Of a stretch of DNA of 64,000 bases, positions 27,350-37,878 are shown piece by piece. Position 1 is the stretch's first letter. The number at the start of each line of letters is the position of its first letter. Origin of the DNA: Armatimonadota bacterium (GTDB lineage: Bacteria > Armatimonadota > Zipacnadia > Zipacnadales > UBA5352). Both the position numbers and the translations under genes were made by a program. The notes below the pieces were generated by a model. It had not been told where the DNA came from. It made no database searches and worked only from the letters and a program-made list of their open reading frames with translations. The stretch lies in NCBI GenBank assembly GCA_050942735.1, contig JBMNNW010000004.1, positions 29,632-93,631 of the forward strand, given 5' to 3'.

Positions 27350-29185
27350 TCACACGTCTGGGAACATCATGCTGTCCGCGAACACGAGTTGGAAGCGCGG
27401 GTTGGCCATCAGTTCGACATGCTCCGCATCGCGCGCCAACTCCGCCGCCCGCTTCCTCTCGTCGAGTGACAGAAGCGCCGCCAGCGCGCCGGCACCCGCG
27501 GCGTTGCCGATCCCCCGTATCTGCTCGAGCCGCACATCCGGCAGCAGGCCCATTCGGAGCGCGCTGCGGCGGTCGATGTAGTTCCCAAATGCCCCGGCGA
27601 GCAGCACTTCCTCGATCTCATCGCAGCGTATGCCGGTCTCCGCGCAGAGCAGCTCGATCGCCGCCCGCACGGCCCCCTTCGCCAGCTGCACCTCGCGCAG
27701 ATCTTTCTGTGTGAAGGTGATCTCGCCGTTGCCGACGCCGCCCCCTTCGACAAGCACGAACTCCCGGTCCGGCCCCTCGCCGCGCAGCCGGGCGCGCAGC
27801 CCGGGTGACAGCGTCTCAGCGACCTCCTCCGTCGCGAGGCGGCCGGAACTGTCGGCGACTCCGCTGTCAAGCAGTGCCGCGACCGTGTCGAAGATCCCGG
27901 AGCCGCAGATGCCGTTGGGCCGCGCGCTGCCGATCGTTGCGTAGCCGATGCTGCCGTTGCGCAGCCAGACGCGCTCGATGGCCCCATCGGCCGCGCGCAC
28001 GCCGTGGCGGATCTCGCCGCCCTCAAAGGCCGGGCCCGCCGCACAGGAGGTCGTGAGCAGCCGCCCGTTGGCAGAGAGCATTACTTCGCCGTTGGTTCCG
28101 ATGTCGATCGCCAGCGTCGGGTGGTCTCGCTCCGCCATACGCGACATCAGCAGCACACCGACCGTGTCGGCGCCCACGAAGCCGGCTATGACCGGCAGGC
28201 AGTATACGTTGCCCGCGCGGTTGATTGCAAGCCCCGCCTCCTCCGCCGACAACTCGATCGGCTCACGCGTGACCGGCACGTAGGGCGCGTGTGCGAGATG
28301 TCGCGGATCCAGGCCGAGGAAGAGATGGTGCATGCAGGTGTTGCCGACGACCGCGACCTCGTAGATGTCACGCCGCCGCACTCCCGCTTCACCCGTCGCC
28401 TCCGCCAGCAGCCGGTTGATAAGGTCCACGATCAGCCGTCGGAGGTCCTCAAGTCCGGTCGCAGCACTCTGCACATGCTCGATGCGCGAGATGAGATCGT
28501 GCCCGTAGCGCGCCTGAGGGTTCAACTCCGAGGCCGTCGCGACCACCTCGCCGGTGCGCAGATCGACCAGGTAGGCCACGACGGTCGTGGTCCCGATGTC
28601 GATCGCAGCCCCGAGGCAGCAGGAGTCAGCGTTCGGCGGCCGAATCGCGGACACGACATCGCCCACGCGAACAACCCCGACGTGGAAGCCGTTTCCCCGC
28701 AGCACGGTCGGGAGCTGCGCGAGAGCGTCTCGGTGGACCTTCAACTCGCCGGGGGGCACGCCGAGCGCATCCGCCACGCGTTCGAAGTCGCTGCGCTGAT
28801 CGGCCAGACTCGGCTCGGCAACCTCGACCGCCCGCGCGATCACGTTGGGGCTGAGGACGATCTCCTCGCGCGCGTCGTCGGAGAGTATCTTGCCCGTGAC
28901 GGTGCGGGAGTCGCCCGGGAGGATAATCTGCGCGTCCTCAATCAGCCTCGCCTCACAGGCAAGCCGCACGCCGTTGCGCAGTTCCTCGCCGGTCAGAAGA
29001 TCGGTCTCCGCCTGCGTCGGAGGGGCGCAGCCCTTCTCGGCGATCACGCGGCAACGCCCGCAGCGCCCGCGCCCACCGCAGGGGGCGTTGATCGAGACCC
29101 CCATCGATTCGGCGGCCGCGAGGATCGTGGTTTCCCGTTCGACCTCCCCCATCTCGCCGCCCGGTTTGAAGCTGACCGTGATCAT
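27350..29185 (-). CDS. RACo-type reductive activator of corrinoid protein (2Fe-2S ferredoxin + ASKHA ATPase)
   Basis: N-terminal plant-type ferredoxin Cys pattern (PCGGRGRCGRCRV...C). C-terminal ASKHA/acetate-sugar-kinase fold region. 611 aa, the size and architecture of RACo/RamA-like activases. Confidence 0.8.
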   Translation of the reverse strand: MITVSFKPGGEMGEVERETTILAAAESMGVSINAPCGGRGRCGRCRVIAEKGCAPPTQAETDLLTGEELRNGVRLACEARLIEDAQIILPGDSRTVTGKILSDDAREEIVLSPNVIARAVEVAEPSLADQRSDFERVADALGVPPGELKVHRDALAQLPTVLRGNGFHVGVVRVGDVVSAIRPPNADSCCLGAAIDIGTTTVVAYLVDLRTGEVVATASELNPQARYGHDLISRIEHVQSAATGLEDLRRLIVDLINRLLAEATGEAGVRRRDIYEVAVVGNTCMHHLFLGLDPRHLAHAPYVPVTREPIELSAEEAGLAINRAGNVYCLPVIAGFVGADTVGVLLMSRMAERDHPTLAIDIGTNGEVMLSANGRLLTTSCAAGPAFEGGEIRHGVRAADGAIERVWLRNGSIGYATIGSARPNGICGSGIFDTVAALLDSGVADSSGRLATEEVAETLSPGLRARLRGEGPDREFVLVEGGGVGNGEITFTQKDLREVQLAKGAVRAAIELLCAETGIRCDEIEEVLLAGAFGNYIDRRSALRMGLLPDVRLEQIRGIGNAAGAGALAALLSLDERKRAAELARDAEHVELMANPRFQLVFADSMMFPDV

Positions 29186-29250
29186 ATCACCAGAGCCGGA
29201 CCCGTCGGCGCTGTCCTCCGCCGATGGTCCGGCATCCCACTGCCTCCGGC

Positions 29251-29610
29251 CTATTCGTAGTAAGAGAGCTGCTTCTGCGCTTCGGAGCCATACTTCGACG
29301 CGGCGTCGATGACGAGAACCTTCTCAAAGAACGGCTTCGCCTCGTCGTACATCCCCAACATCGTATAGTGTTTCCCTGCGTCAAGGAGGTAGAGCTGATT
29401 GTCAGGCTCGATCTCGGCCGCCTGGCAGATCTTCGCCAATGCCTCATCGAAGTCGCCGCTGTTCATCAGTGACAGACCGACGCCCCAGAGCGCCTCCGCG
29501 TGCTCCGGATCCTCTTCGAGCACCTGTTGATACAGCTCAATCGCCTCATCGTACTGGCCATTGATCCGGCACTCGTGGGCCTGTTGCAGTGTATCGCTCT
29601 CCGCGGCCAT
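29251..29610 (-). CDS. TPR-repeat protein
   Basis: Three tetratricopeptide-like repeats (AIELYQQVLEEDPEHAEALWGVG...). Start placed at the ATG with GGAGG RBS. The longer form to 29691 is also open. Confidence 0.55.
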   Translation of the reverse strand: MAAESDTLQQAHECRINGQYDEAIELYQQVLEEDPEHAEALWGVGLSLMNSGDFDEALAKICQAAEIEPDNQLYLLDAGKHYTMLGMYDEAKPFFEKVLVIDAASKYGSEAQKQLSYYE

Positions 29611-29694
29611 CACGTTGCGTCCTCCGAGCTCGAGCTGGTAATCGCTGCTTGCGTTGCGGCTGGCCTCTGCCGTCCCCTGCGCTCCCGGCACCCG

Positions 29695-30633
29695 TCACCC
29701 GAACCTGTCGCCGACGTCGAGCCTGGCCCCGCGCAGGAATTCCTCCCCGGACATGGGTTTCTTACCAGCGGGCTGCAGCCGCGTGAGCTGCAGTGCATCG
29801 CGCCCGCACAAAACGACCGGCCCTCCCGAGGATGGAAGTTCGACGATCTCTCCCGGCGTTCCTTCATTCCTTAAGACATATTGCACCACATGGACGTCCT
29901 GGACCTTCATCCGCTCTCCATCCAGCACGCACCACGCACCCGGCCATGGGGTGCAGGCACGGACCATATCCCGCAACTCGTCCGCGGGCAGTGACCAGTC
30001 CAACCGGCAGTCATCACTGTGCACGCGGCCGATGTAGCTCGCCCGTGCCTCGTCCTGCGGCACTCGTGGAGCGGTGCCGTCGGCAATCATCTCAAGCGCG
30101 TCCATCAGCGCCGTCACACCGAGGTCCGTGAGGCGATCTGTCAGCGTTCCTCGGTTGTCATCCTCGGCGATTTCGATCTCCCGCCGCAGGATCACGTCCC
30201 CCGCGTCGAGCTTCTGCGCCATGTGCTGGATCGTGACACCCGTGCGGTCCAGCCCTCGCCGAAGCGCTGCATAGACCGGCGCCGCGCCCCGCAGTTCGGG
30301 CAGCAGCGAGTAATGCACGTTGATGAAGCCCTTCGGCGGCAGCTCCAGCAACTTCGGCACAAGAATCTCGCCGTAGGCCACGACGACGCCGAGCTGCGGC
30401 TCAGTGGCGGCCAGATCGTCAATGAACCGCGGATCCGACGCGTCCTCGGGCGTGAACACCGACAGGCCGAGTTCCTCGGCACGTATCTTCACAGGGCTGG
30501 GCCGGACCTCCCGGCCCCGTCCGGCAGGTCGATCGGGTTGTGTGACCACCGCGACCACGTCATGGCCGCTAAGGGCCAGCGCATCGAGATAGGGCACCGA
30601 GGGCGGTGGCGTGCCGAAGAATGCGATGCGCAT
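29695..30633 (-). CDS. fmt: Methionyl-tRNA formyltransferase
   Basis: MRIAFFGTP N-terminus, formyltransferase core (HYSLLPELRGAAP) and C-terminal Fmt domain. 312 aa. Confidence 0.9.
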   Translation of the reverse strand: MRIAFFGTPPPSVPYLDALALSGHDVVAVVTQPDRPAGRGREVRPSPVKIRAEELGLSVFTPEDASDPRFIDDLAATEPQLGVVVAYGEILVPKLLELPPKGFINVHYSLLPELRGAAPVYAALRRGLDRTGVTIQHMAQKLDAGDVILRREIEIAEDDNRGTLTDRLTDLGVTALMDALEMIADGTAPRVPQDEARASYIGRVHSDDCRLDWSLPADELRDMVRACTPWPGAWCVLDGERMKVQDVHVVQYVLRNEGTPGEIVELPSSGGPVVLCGRDALQLTRLQPAGKKPMSGEEFLRGARLDVGDRFG

Positions 30634-30636
30634 CCG

Positions 30637-31206
30637 TCAGGACCCCTTCTGCCGCGCCCGGAGTCGCTCGAACGCCTCCTGCGCTTCCTCGAGCGTGGTC
30701 GGCTCCGTCCGGTAGCCATCCTCCTCATCGACATCAGGCCGCAGCCAGCAGAGGCTGTCGGCCTCCACAGCGTCGATGAACAGACGACCGGCAAGGTGGT
30801 CGAGTTCGTGGGAGAGACATCGGGCCATCATCCCCTCGCCCTCGACGAAGATCTCCTCACCGTCCCGATCCACGGCCTCGACCGCCGTGCGGGTTGGGCG
30901 CACGACCGTGCCTCGCAGCGTCGGCAGGCTCAGGCAGCCCTCCGTCCCGCTCTCCTCCCCTTCGATCTCAATGATCCGAGGGTTGATCAGCTCAATGACC
31001 TCGTCGCTGTCGGCCCCACGCCGCACAACCACCACGGACGTGGATACGCCCACCTGGGCGGCCGCCAGCCCGAGGCCGTTGGCCTCAAGCATCGTCTCGG
31101 CAAGGTCGTCGAGCAACGAACAGATGTCATCGTCGATCCTGCGCACTCGTGACGCTTTCCTGCGCAGCACAGGATCACCGCAGTAGACAATACGTCGGAC
31201 GGCCAT
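30637..31206 (-). CDS. def: Peptide deformylase
   Basis: Motifs GLGLAAAQVG, EGCLSLP and HELDHL (metal ligands). Confidence 0.9.
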   Translation of the reverse strand: MAVRRIVYCGDPVLRRKASRVRRIDDDICSLLDDLAETMLEANGLGLAAAQVGVSTSVVVVRRGADSDEVIELINPRIIEIEGEESGTEGCLSLPTLRGTVVRPTRTAVEAVDRDGEEIFVEGEGMMARCLSHELDHLAGRLFIDAVEADSLCWLRPDVDEEDGYRTEPTTLEEAQEAFERLRARQKGS

Positions 31207-31246
31207 CGGACTGATTCCTCACTGAAGCGGACTCTGGTTGCCCCGC

Positions 31247-33853
31247 TTACATCATGTCGAGCGGGTCCACGTCAACTGTCACATGCGCGGCGTCGTCTTC
31301 GAGCGCATCGAGCGCAGCCAGAAGGGCGCCTCGCAGTTGATCAATGCGCTCACCCTTGAGCAGAAGGTGGTAGCGGAACTGCCGTCTAAGCCGCGCCAGC
31401 GGCGCCGGCGCCGGTCCCATGAACTGCATCGGCGCCCGGCGTTCGTGCCTGACCCCGCGTTCCTGCAACTCGTACGCCATCCGCCTCGCGAGCTTCAGCG
31501 CCGTGTCGGCATCTTCATGGCTGACGGTGAGATTGATCAGCCGCGCAAAGGGAGGATACATGTTATTGCGACGGTTTTCAAGTTCGTGACGGTAGAACGC
31601 GTCATAGTCGTGGCGTGAGGCGCTGACGATGGCCGGGTGATCGGGGTTGTACGTCTGCACGAGCACCCGTCCGGGCTTGTCGGCGCGCCCCGCTCTGCCC
31701 GCCACCTGGGTGAGAAGCTGGAATGTCGCCTCCGAGGCGCGGAAGTCGGGCCGGTTGAGGCCGGTGTCCGCGTTCAGCACGCCCACCAGCGTCACGTTCG
31801 GGAAGTCATGCCCCTTGGCGATCATCTGCGTGCCGATCAGCACGTTCGCCTCGCCGCGCCCGAAGCGGCGCAGGATGTCGGCGTGGGCACCCTTGCGCGA
31901 GGTCGTGTCGCGGTCCATCCGAAGCACCGAGGCCTCCGCGAACTCCCGCCGTACCTGGTCGGCCACCCGCTCGGTGCCGAGGCCCCTGTACCCGATGTCC
32001 TCCGACTCGCACGAGGGGCAGATCTCCGGCATCGGGACGTGGTAGTCGCAGTGATGGCAGCGCATCTCGCGCGAGGCGTGATGGTAGATCAGCGACACCG
32101 AGCAGTCGCGGCACTTGAGCGTGAAGCCGCACTCACGGCACATCACGAAGGTCGAGAAGCCCCGGCGGTTGAGAAAGAGCATCGCCTGCTCTCCGCGCCG
32201 CAGGCACGCCTCCAGTGCGTCGAGCAACCGCTGACTGAAAGTGCCACCTTTGCCCATCAGCGTCTCCCCGCGCAGGTCCACGATCTCCACCGCGGGCAGC
32301 GGCCGGTCGTCGATCCGCTCCGGCAGGTCGCACAGCGCGAGATCGCCGCCGTCCTCACGCGCCTCGCAGAAGCTCTCAAGCGAGGGAGTGGCGCTGCCGA
32401 GGATCAGCACGGCGCCGTGCTGCCGCGCGCGCTTCTTCGCAACCTCCACCGCGTGATAGCGAGGCGGGGCGTCCTGCTTGTAGGCGCGCTCATGCTCCTC
32501 ATCTATCACGATCACGCCGATGTCATCGAGCGGCGCGAAGATCGCTGACCGCGCGCCGACGACCACGTCCGCCTCTCCGACCTGAACGCGCATCCACTCG
32601 TCGTAGCGCTCGCCCGCGCCCATCTGGCTGTGTAGCAGGGCCAGCCGCTCGCCGAACCGTGCCTCGAAGCGCCCCACCATCTGCGGCGTCAGCGAGATCT
32701 CCGGAACAAGCACGATCGCGCCGCGTCCTCTTCGAAGCGCTGAGTCGATCGCATGCAGATAGACCTCCGTCTTGCCCGAGCCGGTGACTCCGTGCAACAC
32801 CAGTCCCGCGTAGTACGCGCCCTCCAGCGCCGAATCGACGCGATCGAATGCACACCGCTGGGCCTCTGTCAGGCAGAGGAACTCCGTCTCCTCACCCTCT
32901 GTCCCCGCGCCCTCCGGCCTGCGGTGGACGCGCTCCTCGCTCACCGTTACAAGGCCCTTCTCCGCGAGCGCCGTGACCGCCCCGCGGTTGAGATCGGCGA
33001 CCGGAAGCCCCTCGTCCGCCGCCATCAGCGCCTCGATCGCCTCCGCCTGCCGCGGGGCGCGCAGACCGATCTCCTCACACACGGCCTCCCACTCGCGATC
33101 GCCCGCCAGCCGCGCGACCTGCTGGCGCAGCTCGCGAACCCGCGGGCGACCGAGGCTGCGGCGGATCTGCGCCAGGCCTCGCTCCTCGAGCGAGCGAACT
33201 GCCGACGCGACAACCGCGCGGGTCGCGGAGGTGTCGTCTGCCTCAAGCTCAGCCACGAGCTCTTCGAGCAGCGGCTCCTCCGTCGCCATCGCACGGAGCG
33301 CGTCGAGGACCTGCCGCTGCCGTGGGGCCCGCGACAGCGAGCGCGGATCCGCCTCACGGCCGGGCGCGGTGAGCGCGACGAACGTCTCCGGCTCCCGCGC
33401 GGCTCCGGGCGGGAGCAGGCAGCGCAGGCAGTCCCGCAGGCTCGCGAGGTAGTGTTCGGAGATCCATCGCGCGAGCTTCAGACCGCGCTCGTCGAAGACC
33501 GGACCGTCAACGAGGGTGCCGATGATGCTTTTCACGCGGAAGTCGGGCCGATCGGAGGTGAGCCCGGTGATCCATCCCGAGAGCCGGCGGCGCCCGAAGG
33601 GCACGAGAACGTAGCTGCCCACCCCGAGATCGCTCTCGAGGTGGGCAGGAACTGCGTAAGTGAACTCGCGTTCAAGACCGCGTCCCGGCTGATCTACGAC
33701 GACCAGGGCGTAACGCCCCGCCTCGTGCGGGGGCTCGGGAGGCTCCTGGTGCTCCTCCGGTAGCTCGGCATCGAAGAGACGGGGCTGAGGTGGGCGCTGC
33801 GTCAAAGTCCCGCCTCTTCCTTCAGCATCTCCACTGCGTCCAGCCGCTCCCAT
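31247..33853 (-). CDS. priA: Primosomal protein N' (replication restart helicase)
   Basis: Walker [17 protein letters not shown] box and two C-terminal Cys4 zinc fingers (CRECG...CRDC / CHHC...CPSC). N-terminal extension of the long ORF is uncertain. Confidence 0.9.
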   Translation of the reverse strand: MGAAGRSGDAEGRGGTLTQRPPQPRLFDAELPEEHQEPPEPPHEAGRYALVVVDQPGRGLEREFTYAVPAHLESDLGVGSYVLVPFGRRRLSGWITGLTSDRPDFRVKSIIGTLVDGPVFDERGLKLARWISEHYLASLRDCLRCLLPPGAAREPETFVALTAPGREADPRSLSRAPRQRQVLDALRAMATEEPLLEELVAELEADDTSATRAVVASAVRSLEERGLAQIRRSLGRPRVRELRQQVARLAGDREWEAVCEEIGLRAPRQAEAIEALMAADEGLPVADLNRGAVTALAEKGLVTVSEERVHRRPEGAGTEGEETEFLCLTEAQRCAFDRVDSALEGAYYAGLVLHGVTGSGKTEVYLHAIDSALRRGRGAIVLVPEISLTPQMVGRFEARFGERLALLHSQMGAGERYDEWMRVQVGEADVVVGARSAIFAPLDDIGVIVIDEEHERAYKQDAPPRYHAVEVAKKRARQHGAVLILGSATPSLESFCEAREDGGDLALCDLPERIDDRPLPAVEIVDLRGETLMGKGGTFSQRLLDALEACLRRGEQAMLFLNRRGFSTFVMCRECGFTLKCRDCSVSLIYHHASREMRCHHCDYHVPMPEICPSCESEDIGYRGLGTERVADQVRREFAEASVLRMDRDTTSRKGAHADILRRFGRGEANVLIGTQMIAKGHDFPNVTLVGVLNADTGLNRPDFRASEATFQLLTQVAGRAGRADKPGRVLVQTYNPDHPAIVSASRHDYDAFYRHELENRRNNMYPPFARLINLTVSHEDADTALKLARRMAYELQERGVRHERRAPMQFMGPAPAPLARLRRQFRYHLLLKGERIDQLRGALLAALDALEDDAAHVTVDVDPLDMM

Positions 33854-34950
33854 GTGAAGTCCTTGTCCTCGCGGCCGAAGTGACCGTAGGCGGCCGTCTT
33901 GCGGAAGATCGGCCGTCGGAGGTCGAGCCTTTCAATCATCGCGCGCGGGGAGAAGTCGAAGTTCTTGCGGATGATCTTCTCGATCTGCTCCTCCGGGATC
34001 GTCTCGGTCCCGAAGCAGAAGACTGCGATGGAGAAGGGATCCGGATCGCCGATTGCGTATGAGACCTCGATCTCGCACTTGCGCGCGAGGCCCGCCGCAA
34101 CCACGTTCTTGGCGACGTAGCGGGAGAAGTACGCGCCGGACCGATCAACCTTCGTGGCATCCTTCCCGGAAAACGCGCCGCCACCGTGCCGGGCGTAGCC
34201 GCCGTAGGTGTCAACGATGATCTTCCGCCCGGTCACGCCGCTGTCGGCCTGCGGGCCGCCGATCTCGAAGACACCGGTGCGGTTCACGAGGCAGTCCATC
34301 CCGTCAGCGCACATCTCCCGAGGGATGACCGGCTCCACGACAAACTGCAGCAGGTCGGAGCGGATGTCGTCCTGGTTCATCCCGCGCTGGTGCTGCGCGG
34401 CCAGGAGGACCTTGGTCACCTCGACAGGCTCGTCGTTCTCGTAGCGGACTGTCACCTGCGTCTTCCCGTCGGGGCGGAGGTACTCCAGCTCTCCGGTCTT
34501 GCGGACGTAGGCCAGCCGCTCGGCGAGCCGGTGCGCGAGGTGGATCGGCAGCGGCATGTACGTCTTCGTCTCGTCGCAGGCGAAGCCGAACATCATGCCC
34601 TGGTCGCCCGCCCCTCCTGTGTCCACGCCCTGCGCGATGTTGGGCGACTGCGAGTGGATGGCGGTGAGGACGCCCACGGTCTCCGAATCGAAGCCGTATT
34701 TCGCGCGGGTGTAGCCGATATCGGCGATGACCTCCCGAGCGACATCATCGACCGGAACGTAGCACTCGGTCGTCATCTCACCGGCCACCACGCAGGTGCC
34801 GGTGGTGACCAGCGTCTCGATTGCCACGCGCCCGGACGGGTCCTCCTTCATGACGTAGTCAAGAACCGCATCTGAAACCTGGTCGCACACCTTGTCGGGA
34901 TGGCCCTCTGTCACTGACTCGGACGTGAACTGATAGGACTTCGTAGACAC
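33802..34950 (-). CDS. metK: S-adenosylmethionine synthase
   Basis: [25 protein letters not shown]-terminus and GGGAFSGKD motif. 382 aa. Confidence 0.95.
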   Translation of the reverse strand: MSTKSYQFTSESVTEGHPDKVCDQVSDAVLDYVMKEDPSGRVAIETLVTTGTCVVAGEMTTECYVPVDDVAREVIADIGYTRAKYGFDSETVGVLTAIHSQSPNIAQGVDTGGAGDQGMMFGFACDETKTYMPLPIHLAHRLAERLAYVRKTGELEYLRPDGKTQVTVRYENDEPVEVTKVLLAAQHQRGMNQDDIRSDLLQFVVEPVIPREMCADGMDCLVNRTGVFEIGGPQADSGVTGRKIIVDTYGGYARHGGGAFSGKDATKVDRSGAYFSRYVAKNVVAAGLARKCEIEVSYAIGDPDPFSIAVFCFGTETIPEEQIEKIIRKNFDFSPRAMIERLDLRRPIFRKTAAYGHFGREDKDFTWERLDAVEMLKEEAGL

Positions 34951-34986
34951 GCGCGTCTCCTCCTTGGGGCGAGCACGACCGGTCTG

Positions 34987-36207
34987 TCACTGGCTCTCCC
35001 TGCTCATGATGAGTTCCCCGGCCCGGTCCAGGATCGCAGCGGCCACATCCCGCTTGCTCATCAGCGGCAGGTCTGTTTCGCGCCCGATGACATCGATCAG
35101 CGTCACCCTGTTGGTTTGCACGTCGAATCCCGCTCCGGGAGCGGTCACGTCGTTCGCAACAATCATGTCCATCCCCTTGCGGCGCATCTTCTCCACCGCA
35201 TGGGCGACAGCATCCTCAGTCTCGGCCGCAAACCCGACGATCAGCGGCCTTGGATCCCACTGCGCGACCCCCGCGATGATGTCCGGCGTGCGGACCATCC
35301 GCAGACTCAACTCGTCGCGCCCGTCCTTCTTCAGCTTCTGCCCGCCCGCCTCAGCGGGCCGCCAGTCGGCCACCGCCGCTGCGCCGATGAACACGTCGGT
35401 CTCCCCCGCGCGATTCTGCACCGCCTCATGCATCTCAGCCGCGCACATCACGCCGACATGCTCCACCCCCGCCGGCGCCTCCAGCGTTGTCGGGCCACTC
35501 ACCAGCGTCACCGCCGCGCCCCGCCGCGCAGCCTCGGCCGCCAGCGCGTAGCCCATCCGCCCTGAGGACGGGTTCGAGATGAACCGCACCGGATCGATCG
35601 CCTCGCGTGTCGGCCCGGCTGTCACGAGCACTCGCAGCCCGGCCAGCGGACCGCCGCACGCATTCACGGCATCACACAGCGCCTCGACGAGCGCGTCGGT
35701 TCCGGGCAGCCGCCCCGCGCCGGTCTCTCCGCAGGCCAGCCAGCCCTCCTCCGGCTCGATCACATGCACACCGCGCTCCTGCAGGGTGCGAACATTCGCC
35801 TGAACCGGCGCGCTGCAGAGCATCCGCGAGTTCATCGCGGGAGCGACCACCACCGGACAGGTGAGCGCCAGCAGGCAGGTCGAGGCGAGGTCGTCGGCGA
35901 TCCCGTTGGCGTACTTGCCGATGATGTTCGCGGTCGCGGGCGCCACGATCGCCACGTCGGCGAAATCCGCCAGCGCCACATGCTCCACGTCACCACGCTC
36001 CGCCCACATGTTGTGCGCAACCGGCCTGCCGCTGAGGGTGGCGAATGTCACCTCACCGACGAAGCGGCGCGCGTGCTCGGTCATCACCACTCGCACCCTC
36101 GCCCCGGCCTTCGTCAGGGTGCTGACCAGCTCGCAGACCTTGTACGCGGCGATCCCACCCGTGACAATCACCAGGACGCCTCTGCCCTTCAGCTCAGTCA
36201 CCCGCAC
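34987..36207 (-). CDS. coaBC: Bifunctional phosphopantothenoylcysteine decarboxylase / phosphopantothenate-cysteine ligase
   Basis: N-terminal flavoprotein domain (VIVTGGIAAYK) plus C-terminal CoaB ligase domain. 406 aa. Confidence 0.9.
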   Translation of the reverse strand: MRVTELKGRGVLVIVTGGIAAYKVCELVSTLTKAGARVRVVMTEHARRFVGEVTFATLSGRPVAHNMWAERGDVEHVALADFADVAIVAPATANIIGKYANGIADDLASTCLLALTCPVVVAPAMNSRMLCSAPVQANVRTLQERGVHVIEPEEGWLACGETGAGRLPGTDALVEALCDAVNACGGPLAGLRVLVTAGPTREAIDPVRFISNPSSGRMGYALAAEAARRGAAVTLVSGPTTLEAPAGVEHVGVMCAAEMHEAVQNRAGETDVFIGAAAVADWRPAEAGGQKLKKDGRDELSLRMVRTPDIIAGVAQWDPRPLIVGFAAETEDAVAHAVEKMRRKGMDMIVANDVTAPGAGFDVQTNRVTLIDVIGRETDLPLMSKRDVAAAILDRAGELIMSRESQ

Positions 36208-36213
36208 GGCCGC

Positions 36214-36891
36214 TCAGCCCTCCAGGTCGTCCAGCAGACGATCTCGCAGTTCCCGCCAGTGCGCCCGCGTCGTACGCTGCCGCTCGGCGAGGTAGATCGC
36301 CTCAAGCGCGGCGATGGCCTCGTCGAGGTCGTCATTGACGATGAGGTGCCCGAACATCCCGATATGCTCAAACTCCGTCCGAGCGCTGCGCAGGCGGCGA
36401 CGCACCGCCTCGCCGGTCTCGGTGTTGCGGCCGGTCAGACGTTCCTGCAGCGCCGTCACGCTCGGAGGCGCCACGAAGACCAGCACGGCCTCAGGCAGCG
36501 CCGCCCTCATGCTCCGGGCACCCTGATAGTCGATCTCAATGACCATGTCGCGGCCGGCGGCCAGCGCCTCCTCGACCGGTGCGCGCGGCGTTCCGTAGAA
36601 GTCGTGGCGATGCACGACCGCCCACTCGAGCAGTTCGCCCGCGCGCGCCATGCGCAGGAATTGCTCGTGGCTGATGAAGTGGTAGTCCCGGCCGTCCACC
36701 TCACCCTGGCGGGCGTCCCGTGTGGTGCACGAGACCGACCACTCGATCCCCTCGTGCCTCTCACGCAGCCCCCGGATGAGGGTGCCTTTGCCGACTCCCG
36801 ACGGGCCCGCGACGACCAGCAGAATCCCGCGCCCCGCGGCCCGTGCGCCTGCATTCCTCACAGCACTCGCTCCACGCTCAAGTCTCTTCAT
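36214..36891 (-). CDS. gmk: Guanylate kinase
   Basis: P-loop GPSGVGKGT at the MKRLERG start (ATG 36891). The long ORF to 37308 carries 140 non-protein-like residues and overlaps the divergent gene. Stop overlaps the coaBC start. Confidence 0.9.
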   Translation of the reverse strand: MKRLERGASAVRNAGARAAGRGILLVVAGPSGVGKGTLIRGLRERHEGIEWSVSCTTRDARQGEVDGRDYHFISHEQFLRMARAGELLEWAVVHRHDFYGTPRAPVEEALAAGRDMVIEIDYQGARSMRAALPEAVLVFVAPPSVTALQERLTGRNTETGEAVRRRLRSARTEFEHIGMFGHLIVNDDLDEAIAALEAIYLAERQRTTRAHWRELRDRLLDDLEG

Positions 36892-37029
36892 CTGACGAGG
36901 GCGAAGTGTACCACACTCCCCGCCCGAATGCAATTTCGCCCACGTCACTCCGACGGCCTTGCCGCCGGCCCCGCAATCCGCTATCCTTATCCCAGATGGT
37001 GATCTTGCGGTGGAGGAGAGAGCCCGCTC

Positions 37030-37785
37030 ATGGCCCTGCCAATCATCGACGCGCGAGTGCATGTCAGCCGCTCGACCGCCCCCTGGCCGAAGGTTCGTGA
37101 GGTGCTGCGACGGGCCGGCGTGGACACCGCCCTGCTGTCCATGCACCCGGAGAGCCCGCAGCCCGAACATGACATGAGCCTCCCGCTCGACGTTGCGGCC
37201 AAGGACGGGCCGTGGGCCGCGTACTACGTCGGCGGGCTGCCCTTTGAGGGGCACCGCGGCGGTCCGGTGAGGATCCCCGCCGACTTTGACCGCTACGCGG
37301 CCCTGCACATACGCTGCTATCTGTCACCGTCGCTGGACTTCGGCGGCGCAACCACCTCCGCGCACTGGGATGCCGAGAGCCTTAGCGCGGCGGTTGAGCG
37401 CGAGGACCTCGGAGCCATCATCGACGCCGCCCGCGAGCGGGAGATGCCCGTCTGGCTGGTCGAGCACTTCCCCATCACCCTCGGGCTCATCGAGCGCTTC
37501 CCCGACGTGCGCTTCGTCATCCCGAAGATGGGCGCCATGAACGGGGGCTCGGCGGCGGTGATCAACGCGCTGGCGGGCCACTCGCACATCTGCTTCGACA
37601 CCTCGTGCGGCGAGCTTCACGAGTCGATCGTCAAACGCCTCGGCTTCCGCCGCATCCTCTTCGCGTCAGGTTACCCGTTCAACGAACCTGCCGAGGCGCT
37701 TGAGCAGCTCTGCGGCATGGACCTGCACGATGAGCAGATCGGCGCGATGGCCGGAGGGAATCTGCTGGACCTGATCGCTAACTGA
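37030..37785 (+). CDS. Amidohydrolase-2 family metal-dependent TIM-barrel hydrolase
   Basis: 251 aa with a His-rich beta-strand pattern (IDARVHV...) and a conserved C-terminal Asp region. Divergent from gmk. Confidence 0.65.
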   Translation: MALPIIDARVHVSRSTAPWPKVREVLRRAGVDTALLSMHPESPQPEHDMSLPLDVAAKDGPWAAYYVGGLPFEGHRGGPVRIPADFDRYAALHIRCYLSPSLDFGGATTSAHWDAESLSAAVEREDLGAIIDAAREREMPVWLVEHFPITLGLIERFPDVRFVIPKMGAMNGGSAAVINALAGHSHICFDTSCGELHESIVKRLGFRRILFASGYPFNEPAEALEQLCGMDLHDEQIGAMAGGNLLDLIAN

Positions 37786-37878
37786 AGCGAGGTCTCGCCG
37801 ACCGGATGGCGAATACTGCCACGTGACTCGACGACAGGCGCTCGCGCCGCGCGCGGTCGCTTCATATCACCAGGGAGA

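Noticed and set aside
36892-37308. N-terminal 140-aa extension of the guanylate kinase ORF
   Set aside because: The extension is Gly/Arg-rich, lacks any domain, and overlaps the divergent amidohydrolase gene. The kinase P-loop begins right after the internal ATG at 36891.
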